A stretch of 64,000 nucleotides of DNA, from positions 447,698 to 511,697 of the forward strand of contig JBBCGO010000001.1 of assembly GCA_037200925.1 (NCBI GenBank), given 5' to 3'. A program made the position numbers and the translations under genes. Shown piece by piece: positions 47,741 through 59,406 of this stretch (positions are counted from its first letter, which is position 1; each line of letters starts with the position of its first letter). Below the pieces are notes generated by a model, which worked only from the letters and a program-made list of their open reading frames with translations, was not told the origin of the DNA and made no database searches. This DNA is from Candidatus Doudnabacteria bacterium. Lineage in GTDB: Bacteria > Patescibacteriota > Doudnabacteria > UBA920 > O2-02-FULL-48-8.

Positions 47741-47835
47741 AATAATCGAGGATCGAATTTGCGAGGAGCGTTAGCGACGAAGCAATCTAATCATTGGAAT
47801 AGATTGCCGCGTCGGCCTACGGCCTCCTCGCAAAT
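47741..47835. repeat. About 95-nt nested palindromic element downstream of groEL, member of the gattagattgcttcg/cctcgcaaat repeat family
   Basis: Outer IR cgaatttgcgaggagcg/cgctcctcgcaaat-like. Inner IR gcgacgaagcaatcta/tagattgccgcgtcg. Confidence 0.6.
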
Positions 47836-47894
47836 ACGAAAAAGACTAGGCCTAAACCTAATCTTTTCTATTTTCTACTTACTATTTTCTTCTC

Positions 47895-49830
<1,936 letters not shown>

Positions 49831-49963
49831 ATATTTCCTTTCTTGAATAAAAAATGCCCCGAGGCATTTTTTATTTTTTTCGCTGGTTTATTATATAACT
49901 TTACGGCAAGCTTTGCAAGAGCCTAAAAATTCAATTACAATATGCTTACTAAGGGGGGCTAGC

Positions 49964-50188
49964 ATGGAAAAAATCTTTTTCGGATGGACCCATCGGAACA
50001 GTACCGGCAAAACCATCTGCTTCACAATAATGCTTGACGAGGCCGATATAACACGCGTCGCCGAAATGGTTGCGCAAAAACCAGAAAGCGGCTTCGTCAA
50101 TCTCCGTGCACAAATCCAGATCGAACCGGTCGAGAAACAAACTGGTAAAAATGCTGAGATGGACGAGATGTTGGTAGGCGGATCTTAG
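49964..50188 (+). CDS. Hypothetical protein (start at MEKIFFGW)
   Basis: RBS aagggggg about 8 nt upstream of the ATG at 49964. Confidence 0.4.
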   Translation: MEKIFFGWTHRNSTGKTICFTIMLDEADITRVAEMVAQKPESGFVNLRAQIQIEPVEKQTGKNAEMDEMLVGGS

Positions 50189-51141
50189 GTTCGCCTTTTT
50201 TTTATCTTTTCCAGTTCTTCAATGTATCTGTAAGCGATCTCTGCGCGCACGTCATAGCCGTGGAGTTTCAGCATGTCGGCATTGGCCACAGTGGTGGAAG
50301 CTGCAACCCTGTTCTCGGGAAGTCGGAAAGTATGGCTGATATGGATGCGGGCCAGGAGCGGTTCAATCAAAGCTGCGGGGATCGAGAGCAAAAATTCCAA
50401 AATAAACCTAATGACCTTGATTGCGGTATGCGGTTCTTTAATCGTATTCAGCCGCAAAGCCGGCTCGAAATTCGGAAAATAAGTTTTGATCCAGGAATTT
50501 TCTTTCATAAAATATTCATATTCCGTTTGGTTCAGGATCGGCCGCATACTAGCCAGCCAAAAAACCAAATAAGGATCTTCCGGTTTGATCAGCAGCGGTT
50601 GCAAATTTTGACGGTTTTGAGAAACGAAAAAACCGAAGCAGAACCGGTCTTTGATCCGCTGCCGGGTTTTGTACACACCGAGCAGGCGGAATAGAACGAT
50701 GATCACGGAACGGACAAAATACAGCCGGTTGGGTCTGCTGACCACAAAAAAATCAATATCAGAATCACTGTCAGCCGTGCCTAAGGCCAAACTGTTGATC
50801 ACCGAGATCTGGCGGACAAACGGCAAAACAGCCAGCCAATGAAAGTATTTGTCGATCTTCCGCCATTTTTTGGTTAATTCCAGCTGATTGGCGTTGTGTC
50901 GGCCCAGATCCCATTTTTTCAGCGCGAACAAATTGCCTTCCTGGATGATCTGATCGTTAGCTGCCAAAAATGAAAGCATTTTATCAACGTCTCTTTGGGT
51001 CGATCTTACTCCCAGAAGTAATTCATAAACCCTCTTCCCGGAAAGCGGCAGATTATACAAACTGAAAAATGCCAGAGTTGAAATTACGGCTTCGGCTAAG
51101 TTTTGTTTTTCTTTTGTCTCAACTGCTAAATCCTGCGGCAT
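50185..51141 (-). CDS. Nucleotidyltransferase-domain protein (probable start at MPQDLAV; the track ORF extends to 51282)
   Basis: GTADSDSDIDFFVV matches the Pol-beta-type NTase G[ST]...D.D motif. Confidence 0.5.
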   Translation of the reverse strand: MPQDLAVETKEKQNLAEAVISTLAFFSLYNLPLSGKRVYELLLGVRSTQRDVDKMLSFLAANDQIIQEGNLFALKKWDLGRHNANQLELTKKWRKIDKYFHWLAVLPFVRQISVINSLALGTADSDSDIDFFVVSRPNRLYFVRSVIIVLFRLLGVYKTRQRIKDRFCFGFFVSQNRQNLQPLLIKPEDPYLVFWLASMRPILNQTEYEYFMKENSWIKTYFPNFEPALRLNTIKEPHTAIKVIRFILEFLLSIPAALIEPLLARIHISHTFRLPENRVAASTTVANADMLKLHGYDVRAEIAYRYIEELEKIKKRRT

Positions 51142-51466
51142 CGATCTCCTTCCACTCGTCGTTATAATCGTCCCATTTGTACGCTTTGATCTTGTGTGAA
51201 AATTCAGTTTCTGAAAAAGTGTATTCAGTTCGAGCCGACTTTCCCTGCTGGTGCGAATAAATTTCCCGCTTAGATAAAACAACCGGCTTGGATTCCCGGG
51301 TTAATTTAACTTTGCCCATGGGCGTAGGAAAAATTAAAACTTCGATTTTTCCCTGCTTCACCGGGCCGTCTGCTGAATCCATGGTCAAATCCTCAAAGTG
51401 CTCGTCTTCCACTTTGAATTTACGGTGCAATTCTTCTTTCAGCGCTTCCCATTTTTCGTCCTGCAT
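51119..51466 (-). CDS. Hypothetical protein
   Basis: 115-aa ORF, charged. Confidence 0.4.
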   Translation of the reverse strand: MQDEKWEALKEELHRKFKVEDEHFEDLTMDSADGPVKQGKIEVLIFPTPMGKVKLTRESKPVVLSKREIYSHQQGKSARTEYTFSETEFSHKIKAYKWDDYNDEWKEIDAAGFSS

Positions 51467-51470
51467 GGTA

Positions 51471-51866
51471 TTATTTCCTCTTTTCTTCTCCCCTTGCGGG
51501 AGAAGATGCCCGGAGGGCAGATGAGGGGTGAATAAGATTCAAAAGAATCTTTTCAAGGACTTTTTTAGGATTCCGGTCTAAATCGCTATTCCAAAATCTA
51601 AGCATTTTAAATCCTTGCTTTCTCAAATATGTTTCTCTTTCTCTATCCATAATTATATTAACAGATTTATTATGCGGACTGCCATCTAATTCAATAATTA
51701 AGCGTTTTCGGAAACAACAAAAATCGGCAATATAGTTGTCAATTCTAACCTGCCTGCGGAATTTAAATCCAAATAGTCTTCGATCTTGTAGCCAAAACCA
51801 GAGTTTTTTCTCTTGAGTGGTTTGTCTCTTTCTTAAATTCCTGGCTATATTTACACGCTCTTTCAT
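51471..51866 (-). CDS. DUF559 (Vsr-like) endonuclease domain protein. The C-terminal tail reads through the flanking repeat.
   Basis: IIELDGSPH. Paralog of 32179..32526. Flanked by inverted repeats. Confidence 0.8.
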   Translation of the reverse strand: MKERVNIARNLRKRQTTQEKKLWFWLQDRRLFGFKFRRQVRIDNYIADFCCFRKRLIIELDGSPHNKSVNIIMDRERETYLRKQGFKMLRFWNSDLDRNPKKVLEKILLNLIHPSSALRASSPARGEEKRK

Positions 51867-51931
51867 TCACCCTCACCTGTCGCGTTCCGCGACATCCTCT
51901 CCCGTCAAGGGAGAGGAAAAATTGAAATTGC

Positions 51932-52849
51932 TCACTTCTGTTCTTTGGGACAATAACTTCCTGTCCGCCCGTTAAACTTTATGCTCTTTATAATACTACC
52001 ACAAACTTTGCATTTCTCGCCCGCCCGGCCGTAAACTTTGTGCAAAAGCCCGTAAGTTCCCCAGTCCCCGCTTGGCCTGACAAAATCCCCGACCGATGAG
52101 CCGTAATGATCCACCGCATCCTGCAAGATCTTTTTAATGCCTTTGAACAATAAGTGTTTTTCCGCATCTGACAGGCTTTTTACTCTTCTTGTCGGCCGGA
52201 CCTTGGCGTAATACAAGATCTCGTCAGAATAAATATTCCCGATGCCGGCAATGATGCCTGGGTCCATCAGCCAAGGTTTGACTAAAGCGTTGGATCTTTT
52301 CAGCAAAAGCTTTTCAAACTCTAGGTAAATGAATTTTTTATCCAGGGGTTCCGGCCCATATCCCAGCAATTCCGGAACCCGGGATAATTCTTTGTCCGTA
52401 ACCAGTTTCAGGTAGCCGAACTGGCGGGAATCATTGTAAAAAAGCCTGGAACCGTCAGTGAAATCAAAGATCACATGCGTGGATTTGGCGGGAAGGCGGA
52501 CCGGCGTGTAATTTTCAATGTTCAAAAGCTTAATTTGTCTGTCCTTATGTTTCTTGTCCAGAAAGATCAGCTGGCCGGTCATTTTTAGATGGACCAAGAT
52601 CGCGAACTTCCCGGCCAAGTCAATAATGATCATCTTTGCGCGCCTAGAAACATCAGTGATCTTTTGTCCTTTCAAAGTACGGGCGAATTCGGAGCTTACA
52701 TTTTCACCGGGTTTCCGTAAATTAGATAAAGTCTTAGGTCCCATGGCCACCATTTTCGGCAGCAGGACCCGGACCTCTTTGATCTTCTTATTTTTGAGTT
52801 TCGACCGCAATTCATTGACCACGGTCTCAACCTCTGGCAGTTCAGGCAT
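51932..52849 (-). CDS. mutM: Formamidopyrimidine-DNA glycosylase (Fpg/Nei family)
   Basis: MPELPEVETV. C-terminal zinc finger CKVCGSII....C. Confidence 0.85.
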   Translation of the reverse strand: MPELPEVETVVNELRSKLKNKKIKEVRVLLPKMVAMGPKTLSNLRKPGENVSSEFARTLKGQKITDVSRRAKMIIIDLAGKFAILVHLKMTGQLIFLDKKHKDRQIKLLNIENYTPVRLPAKSTHVIFDFTDGSRLFYNDSRQFGYLKLVTDKELSRVPELLGYGPEPLDKKFIYLEFEKLLLKRSNALVKPWLMDPGIIAGIGNIYSDEILYYAKVRPTRRVKSLSDAEKHLLFKGIKKILQDAVDHYGSSVGDFVRPSGDWGTYGLLHKVYGRAGEKCKVCGSIIKSIKFNGRTGSYCPKEQK

Positions 52850-52917
52850 TACTTTCTGTAAATTACTACTCAGACATTATAGCAAAATCTGCAAAAAGAA
52901 AAGCCCTTTGCTTCCGC

Positions 52918-53232
52918 TTAGGACTTGACCGATATCTTAAGCCGATTCCTGTCGTAAGTTATAGTGACGAATTTGTGGATCTCGCCGTTTTTTTCCAGCC
53001 AGAAAGATTTATGATACAGTTTCACGTTCAGCCCCTGCGCCTCGTAAAAATCGGAAATAGCCTTTCGCAGATCCTCGGCGTCAAACGGTTCGCGAACCGT
53101 AAACCCCATATCTTCATCATCTTCCCTAATGCGGGAAGAGTTCCGCGAGTCTCTGCAACCGTATTGATCCGGGATGAGTTTGTCCGGAAATTTCTGGAGC
53201 AAAAATCTGCAAAGAGTTTCGGGCTCGTTCAT
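52918..53232 (-). CDS. Hypothetical protein
   Basis: ORF only. Confidence 0.35.
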   Translation of the reverse strand: MNEPETLCRFLLQKFPDKLIPDQYGCRDSRNSSRIREDDEDMGFTVREPFDAEDLRKAISDFYEAQGLNVKLYHKSFWLEKNGEIHKFVTITYDRNRLKISVKS

Positions 53233-53421
53233 GCTTCCCCCTGTTTATAAAATATTATAACAAATTCGGCAAAAAGAAAACTGCCTATTGCTGGCAATAG
53301 GCAGAAAATTGGACGCCGGCGAACGGATCATTCTTGCAATCCTAGATTTTCAGCCGCTGCTGTCAATAAAAAACAGCCAATTCCGGCTGTTTTGTTTAGA
53401 GTCTGCAGATAGGAATGTATT

Positions 53422-54006
53422 TTATTCGTCCATCCGCTTATAGCTGCGGATCTTTTTCTTCATGTCCCAATGTTCAATTTCATGAGCCGCTTCTTCCGGG
53501 GTTTCAGAAGCGTGGATCAAATTATAGATCGCGCGCTTGTCTTTATTGGCGGAAGCGGCGGAATCAACTGAAAAATCCCCCCGGATCGTGCCCATTTCAG
53601 CCAGCGCCGGCTGGGTGTTGCCCGAAAGCTTTCTGACCATGTCCACGGCGTGAATGCCTTGCACCACAATTTTTACCACCGGGCCCGAGCTCATATAATC
53701 CACCAGCCAGCGGCGGACGTGCGGTCCGATCTCTTCCGCTTTGGCGGTGCCCATTTCTTCCATGGCGTCATAGCCGTATTTTTCGTAAGTGGTCAAAGTT
53801 TTGGTCCCAAGCCTGGTGATCCAAGCTTCATCTTTCGGATAGTGGCTGTCCATCTCTTCTTTCGTGGGCTGATGCATTTCCAAAGCCACGATCTTGAGAC
53901 CGACCTGCTCGATCCTGCGGATGATCTCGCCGGTCAAGCCGCGCCTGACGCCGTCAGGCTTGACCATGACAAATGTTATTTCTTCTTTCGGATGCGCCTT
54001 GGGCAT
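53422..54006 (-). CDS. ndk: Nucleoside diphosphate kinase (long form)
   Basis: TFVMVKPDGVRRGL.GEII.RIE..GLKIVA. Confidence 0.8.
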   Translation of the reverse strand: MPKAHPKEEITFVMVKPDGVRRGLTGEIIRRIEQVGLKIVALEMHQPTKEEMDSHYPKDEAWITRLGTKTLTTYEKYGYDAMEEMGTAKAEEIGPHVRRWLVDYMSSGPVVKIVVQGIHAVDMVRKLSGNTQPALAEMGTIRGDFSVDSAASANKDKRAIYNLIHASETPEEAAHEIEHWDMKKKIRSYKRMDE

Positions 54007-54111
54007 TTTACCCCCACACCAAATGCTTAGAAAACAAAATTGTTTCTAGCAAATTAATTTTTTCTGGTTTCAACATAATTCTATTTTATCCGCCACAATT
54101 GGTGTGGGGGT

Positions 54112-54807
54112 TTATTTAATCGTTATCTTATTAATTATAACCGGCGTATTGGGAAGAGACGGTTCGCCTTGCAGATTTGGCTGGACCGGCACTGCCGCGA
54201 TTTTGGTCACTACATCCATGCCGCTTGTGACATAGCCAAAAAATGTGTAGTTTCCGTCGAGGGACGCGTGAGTGTTTGGACTCTCGGTTGTCACTATAAA
54301 AAACTGACTGCCCGATGAAGGTCCTTTGGCTGCGGTTGATGCCATACCAATCGCGCCAATGTTCGCCTTCAGCCCGATCTCGGCAGGAACAGTATAACCG
54401 GGACCACCCGTGCCCCAGGTCGAGACATCACCTTTGATCGAATTCGGATCGCAACCTTGTATCACGAAGTCTTTCAGAATGCGGTGGAACTTCGTGTTGT
54501 TGCAGTAATTCTCATTGGCGAGTTTGATAAAATTCGCTACTGTCAGCGGCGCTGATTTTGCGTCCAGCGTCACTTGAAAACTTCCCATATTGGTATCGAT
54601 CGTTGCCACAGAACCGGCCGACGCCGCAGGGCTGGCCGGCGGAGTGGCTGCCGGGGAAGGAGTGGGAGGAGCCGGCGTGGGGTTTGGAGTGGTTTGAGCT
54701 TGATCGTTGGTGGGCGCCTGCGCTTTGTTCGTACGGAAATAAAAATATCCGCCTATCAAAATAATGACCACGACAATTGCGATTAAAACTTTACCTAAAG
54801 TATTCAT
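54112..54807 (-). CDS. Cyclophilin-type peptidyl-prolyl isomerase with an N-terminal TM and a Pro-rich linker
   Basis: FHRILKDFVIQG...QFFIVT. Confidence 0.8.
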   Translation of the reverse strand: MNTLGKVLIAIVVVIILIGGYFYFRTNKAQAPTNDQAQTTPNPTPAPPTPSPAATPPASPAASAGSVATIDTNMGSFQVTLDAKSAPLTVANFIKLANENYCNNTKFHRILKDFVIQGCDPNSIKGDVSTWGTGGPGYTVPAEIGLKANIGAIGMASTAAKGPSSGSQFFIVTTESPNTHASLDGNYTFFGYVTSGMDVVTKIAAVPVQPNLQGEPSLPNTPVIINKITIK

Positions 54808-56285
54808 ATTTTTAATAATTTAATTTCCTTAAGTTTAGCAATAAATCCGATTTTTGTAAACCCTCGGCCGAAGAACAAAGCGCAGATGATCGCGTAATAG
54901 ACGCACACAGCCCAAAAACTAATGTGCATTGAAACTGCGGCAAACGGCAATGACGCGAACAATCCGATGACCTTGATGATATAGGTCAAAAGCAAATACG
55001 TCACCCAGGCCAAAGGCAGAGCCAGCTTCAGCCAGATCAATCCTGCAAGGCCTGTCAAAAATCCGAACAGCATCGTGACCGGCACAATGGGCAACACCAA
55101 AATATTCGGCAAAAGCGCCACGAGCGACAATTGCCCGAAGTTGAACACCAAGATCGGCAGGGTAAAGATCTGCGCCGAGAGAGTGGCCAAAAAATATTGG
55201 CGCAGAACTTGCGGCAGCCATGAAAAGTGAGGCTCAAGCACGGGCGAAATATAAATAATCCCTAGAAGTGCGGCAAATGACAACTGGAATCCCACATCAA
55301 AAACCAGGATCTGCGGATTGATCGCAAGCATAACCACCGCGGTAAATGCCAGGGAGTTGGCAGCCACGCTCAAGCGACCAACGTTGAGGGCCAGCAGCAG
55401 CAAAATGCCCATGATCCCGGCTCTGATCGCGGAAGCCGAAGCGCCGGTCATCACGACAAATATGACAATTGCCAAAACCGAAAATAAAAAAGAAAATCTC
55501 CGGCGTACTCCCAGCCACTGCAGGATCCAGGTCATGGCAGCTGCAATAATCGTAATATTGAACCCGGAAATAGCCACAATATGCGAAGTGCCGGTGCGGT
55601 TGAACTGATCGGTCAGGGTTTGGGGGATCGTGCGTTTGGCGCCCAGAAGCAATCCTGCCAAAAATGAATTCTGCGGCTCCGGCAAAATATCGCTTAAACG
55701 GTCCGTAAATTTTTTCTTAAGGAGCAGAATCTCCCGCATGACAGGATTGCCGAAATTGCCCGCAGCCACGCTCAGTTTGGGCATGTAGGCGACGGCATCA
55801 ATGCCGAATCGTGATAAATAATTTTTATAGGAAAAATCCGGATATTCTTTCGGCTCGGAGATCTTGGTTTCAAAACTCAGCTTCTGGCCGTATTCATATT
55901 CAGGGAACCGGTTCACAGTCAGCAGTAATTTTGAATGAATAGATTTTTCATTCACTTTTAAATTTCCCAAAGTTAAATAAATTTTGTCAGACCTGATATC
56001 CGGCTCGCTTGAGATGATTCCGGTAACCTGCGCTTTTTGGCCATAAAATTGAGCAATATCGTTTTGGGCAAAATCCTGCTTGAACCTTAAACTGCCGAGG
56101 ATCATGACAAGTCCGGCCAAGCCGATAACTACGGCTAATTTATTATTCCAGCCGACTGTCGCGACAATTATAAAAACCATGGCCAGTATAGCCATGGTTT
56201 CGTAGTTGATGTAGCGCCCCAAAAATACTCCGAATATCAAGCCCAAGCAAAGGATCAAAAAAATTTTGGACTTATTGAGGGTCAT
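54804..56285 (-). CDS. comEC: ComEC/Rec2 family competence membrane protein
   Basis: GTSHIVAISGFNI hallmark. Polytopic membrane protein. Confidence 0.8.
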   Translation of the reverse strand: MTLNKSKIFLILCLGLIFGVFLGRYINYETMAILAMVFIIVATVGWNNKLAVVIGLAGLVMILGSLRFKQDFAQNDIAQFYGQKAQVTGIISSEPDIRSDKIYLTLGNLKVNEKSIHSKLLLTVNRFPEYEYGQKLSFETKISEPKEYPDFSYKNYLSRFGIDAVAYMPKLSVAAGNFGNPVMREILLLKKKFTDRLSDILPEPQNSFLAGLLLGAKRTIPQTLTDQFNRTGTSHIVAISGFNITIIAAAMTWILQWLGVRRRFSFLFSVLAIVIFVVMTGASASAIRAGIMGILLLLALNVGRLSVAANSLAFTAVVMLAINPQILVFDVGFQLSFAALLGIIYISPVLEPHFSWLPQVLRQYFLATLSAQIFTLPILVFNFGQLSLVALLPNILVLPIVPVTMLFGFLTGLAGLIWLKLALPLAWVTYLLLTYIIKVIGLFASLPFAAVSMHISFWAVCVYYAIICALFFGRGFTKIGFIAKLKEIKLLKI

Positions 56286-56301
56286 GCCAAAGGAGGAGAA
56301 G

Positions 56302-57537
56302 TTACCACAACATTGATTTCACTTCCGTGACCAGATCATCCAGGTCTACGGTCTTTTGTTCTTTTTCCCGCAAATTTTTAATATTCACTTTCCTCTTTTT
56401 AGCCTCATTCGCGCCGTAAATTACCGCCACCTGCATGTTTTTACTTTCCGCATATTTAAACTGTTTATCAAGTTTTGCGGTTTCAAAATAAAATTCCGTA
56501 TCAATGCCGGCATTGCGCAATGTGGTCGCAATTTTAAGATAATCGGGAATCAAATCCTTATCCATATTAAACACGATCACTTCCGCGGCAGTTTGAGGCG
56601 CGATCTTGCCTGAATCGGAAAGCGCAGCAAACAGCCGGTCCAAGCCGATCGAGCCGCCCACAGCGGGCATTTCCTTGCCGGAGATCTTGCCGATCAAATT
56701 ATCATATCGCCCGCCGCCGGCAATTGAGCCGAACTCCGGTTTGGCTTTCAGCACGAATTCAAAGATCATACCGGTGTAATAATCCAATCCCCGCGCCAAT
56801 GTCGGGTCAAACTGAAAATTGTCCATACCGAAACTGCCCAGCAAACTTTCAAACTCAGCAATGAATTTTTTGCCTTTTTTCTGCATTTCGGAGCGGTATT
56901 CGCTCAGTTTGAAATTAAATCCGGCCTGCTTGATCCGCTCAGCCACTGTTTTCTCTCCTAATTTATCGAGTTTGTCGATCAGGCGCAAAAAATTGGCAAT
57001 ATCGCTCGTGACAAATTTTCTTTCGCCCAAAACCTCGTCAATGATCTGCCGGTTGTTGTACTTGACCACGACCTCGCCGACTTCCAAAGATCTGAAAGCT
57101 TCGTTCAATGTCGCGATCACTTCCGCATCGGCGATCAGGGAATCTGAGCCCACAATATCCGCGTCGCACTGCATCAATTCCCGGAACCGGCCCTTCTGCG
57201 GTTTTTCCGCGCGCCAGACATTGGCGATCTGGTAACGCTTGAAGGGTTTCGGCAAATTCGAATTATTGGTCACCACGCGCACCAATGGCAGAGTCAGATC
57301 GTAGCGCAGGGCCACTTCACGTTCGCCCTGGTCCATGAAGCGATAGATCAATTTTTCGTCCTCGCCGATCTTGCCGGCCAAAAGTTCATATGGTTCCAGA
57401 GACGGCGTATCAATAGGAGCAAAGCCGAAGCGTTCGAAAACTTCGGAAATTTTTGCGATCATTTTCTTCCGCGCTATCTGCTCCTGAGGCAAGTAATCGC
57501 GAAAGCCTTTGAGGACTTGGGGGATATCTTTTGACAT
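56302..57537 (-). CDS. hisS: Histidyl-tRNA synthetase
   Basis: Class II motifs, including RYDLTLPL. Confidence 0.85.
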   Translation of the reverse strand: MSKDIPQVLKGFRDYLPQEQIARKKMIAKISEVFERFGFAPIDTPSLEPYELLAGKIGEDEKLIYRFMDQGEREVALRYDLTLPLVRVVTNNSNLPKPFKRYQIANVWRAEKPQKGRFRELMQCDADIVGSDSLIADAEVIATLNEAFRSLEVGEVVVKYNNRQIIDEVLGERKFVTSDIANFLRLIDKLDKLGEKTVAERIKQAGFNFKLSEYRSEMQKKGKKFIAEFESLLGSFGMDNFQFDPTLARGLDYYTGMIFEFVLKAKPEFGSIAGGGRYDNLIGKISGKEMPAVGGSIGLDRLFAALSDSGKIAPQTAAEVIVFNMDKDLIPDYLKIATTLRNAGIDTEFYFETAKLDKQFKYAESKNMQVAVIYGANEAKKRKVNIKNLREKEQKTVDLDDLVTEVKSMLW

Positions 57538-57684
57538 AAGCTAATTTTAACATAAAAATAAGCAAAAAAAAATCCTGTCCCAGTCTGCAACATATGTGCA
57601 TAACAAGGAACAGGAGCTAACCCTATCATGGCTGTAACCTAAGATAGGATTAAAAGTTTGGAATGGCGTTGGGTTGCGGCGGCG

Positions 57685-59406
57685 TTAACCCACCGACTCT
57701 TGTGGCGCTGGATGCTTACGGGAATTTTCCACGCTAAGCAGAGCCATGGCTTTTTCCGGACCCCAGAGCTGGGCGATCGATTTGAGGAAACGGATCATCC
57801 GCTTTTGCTGATCGTTGCTCACATCATCCTTGACCAGCTCGAGCTGCTGCGCGCCGATGCTGTGAAGCTGAAATCTCCGGCTGTATCCTTCGAGCCTCAC
57901 TTCGAAGAACGAATCGGCCCTCAGTTTGACGGAATTCTCCATGCAGAATCCGTAGATCCAGTCCTGATTGGCCTTCGAGACCAGTCCATTACTGATCAAG
58001 TTTCGGAACTGGAGTATGGATGTCCACTCCACGACTTCAGGCAAGTTGGGCTTGACCAAGTCGCTGAGCACTCCCGCTTCTCCGGCGGCGCTGATACAAA
58101 CCGGGTCGTCGGAGTTCATTCCTGAAATCCATCTCTGGAAGCTGATCGGACCGACGGTAACACGCACAGGTGTCGTTGGTTGCGGTGGAACCGCCCTAAG
58201 GTGAACGGGTTCTCGATGAAACTCTTCTTCTGACGGCGCCTCAATAGGCTTAACGGTGATTCCGACCCGAGTCTCTGTGGGCTCCTCTTCTTCGTCCTCG
58301 TATCCTTCGGTATACTCATCGGGCATGACCAGGGTTGGAGTCTTCCACAAGACTTCCTGAGGTTTGAACACTTGGCCATCCTTAGGGGCGGCACAGAACA
58401 TGCCGGCGATCTCGGCCGGCGGGTTTGTAAATTCCGTACCGGTAAAGATCGGTTTGTAGTCCAGCATGTTCTTTTCGCCGCGGGCGATCACCGCGATCTG
58501 CTTTCGAAAACCTTTCGTGGTATCCTGATTCATTGGTCCAAGGTTCGTGATGATCGCCCGACCAATGTGGCCCTCAAAATCATAGTACGGATTCTCGATC
58601 ACTTCTCGAGCTCCCTTAATGATCAGGCTCTCCCGATCAGGAGATTTTTCCATCTCGGGAGTCCAGATGGTGCGACCCACCTTGAAGTTGCCGCCGCCGC
58701 TCATGACGCGAAGCGTGTCCTTGCCGTCAGCTTCTCGGCCCTGGATGAAGGTGTAGAACATAGTAATCAGGCCCCTGACAGCGGCCCGATTCAGCTCTTT
58801 CCACGCCTTTTTTTTGGGCATCTTGAGTGCGTAGGCCGTGGCATTGTTGATCACGAGACAACGAACGTTCTTCTCTGCCAATCTCGTTAGGGTGTCGATC
58901 GCGAAATTGTACTGCTCTTTCGACACCTCTTCGATATCGGGAAAGACCACGATCGCGACGGTGAACATCTTGAGGCTAAGAGCCAAATCGCAACATGGTT
59001 CCAACCCGCCCGCCGCCGTGCCTTTGTTCAGCGAACCGGTGATCAACGCGGTGTCGTAGGGCCGCAGAATTGCCGAGACCTTGTCTTTCGCTTTCTCGAA
59101 AGCTTCCCGCCCGGCTTTCGGATCGTGTCCACTCCCCTCGCCATCGCCGATCACGAGTGAACGGCCTTCGGGTGCGAACGCAACCTCAGCCTTGAGCGTG
59201 TCAATGAAGAAGATGTCAAGAAACGACCTGACGAGTGTCGAGTACCAGATTTTGTCAGCAGGAAATTCCTTGCCTTCCGCTTTTTTCCTAGCTCGAATCA
59301 GATCTTCGACTCTCTCGGTCTCAGCAGCGTTGGCGGAGATTGTTTTCCCGAAATCCTTGCCAATACTTACCCCGCAACCTCCAAGGCTCAGCATCACTGG
59401 CTTCAC
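57685..59406 (-). CDS. Divergent FtsZ/tubulin-family GTPase with a degenerate signature motif and a ~250-aa C-terminal extension
   Basis: LSLGGCGVSIG (G-box). LVIGDGEGSGHDPKAGREAFE (T3-like). LITGSLNKGTAAGGLEPCCDLA in place of GGGTGTG. Confidence 0.65.
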   Translation of the reverse strand: MKPVMLSLGGCGVSIGKDFGKTISANAAETERVEDLIRARKKAEGKEFPADKIWYSTLVRSFLDIFFIDTLKAEVAFAPEGRSLVIGDGEGSGHDPKAGREAFEKAKDKVSAILRPYDTALITGSLNKGTAAGGLEPCCDLALSLKMFTVAIVVFPDIEEVSKEQYNFAIDTLTRLAEKNVRCLVINNATAYALKMPKKKAWKELNRAAVRGLITMFYTFIQGREADGKDTLRVMSGGGNFKVGRTIWTPEMEKSPDRESLIIKGAREVIENPYYDFEGHIGRAIITNLGPMNQDTTKGFRKQIAVIARGEKNMLDYKPIFTGTEFTNPPAEIAGMFCAAPKDGQVFKPQEVLWKTPTLVMPDEYTEGYEDEEEEPTETRVGITVKPIEAPSEEEFHREPVHLRAVPPQPTTPVRVTVGPISFQRWISGMNSDDPVCISAAGEAGVLSDLVKPNLPEVVEWTSILQFRNLISNGLVSKANQDWIYGFCMENSVKLRADSFFEVRLEGYSRRFQLHSIGAQQLELVKDDVSNDQQKRMIRFLKSIAQLWGPEKAMALLSVENSRKHPAPQESVG

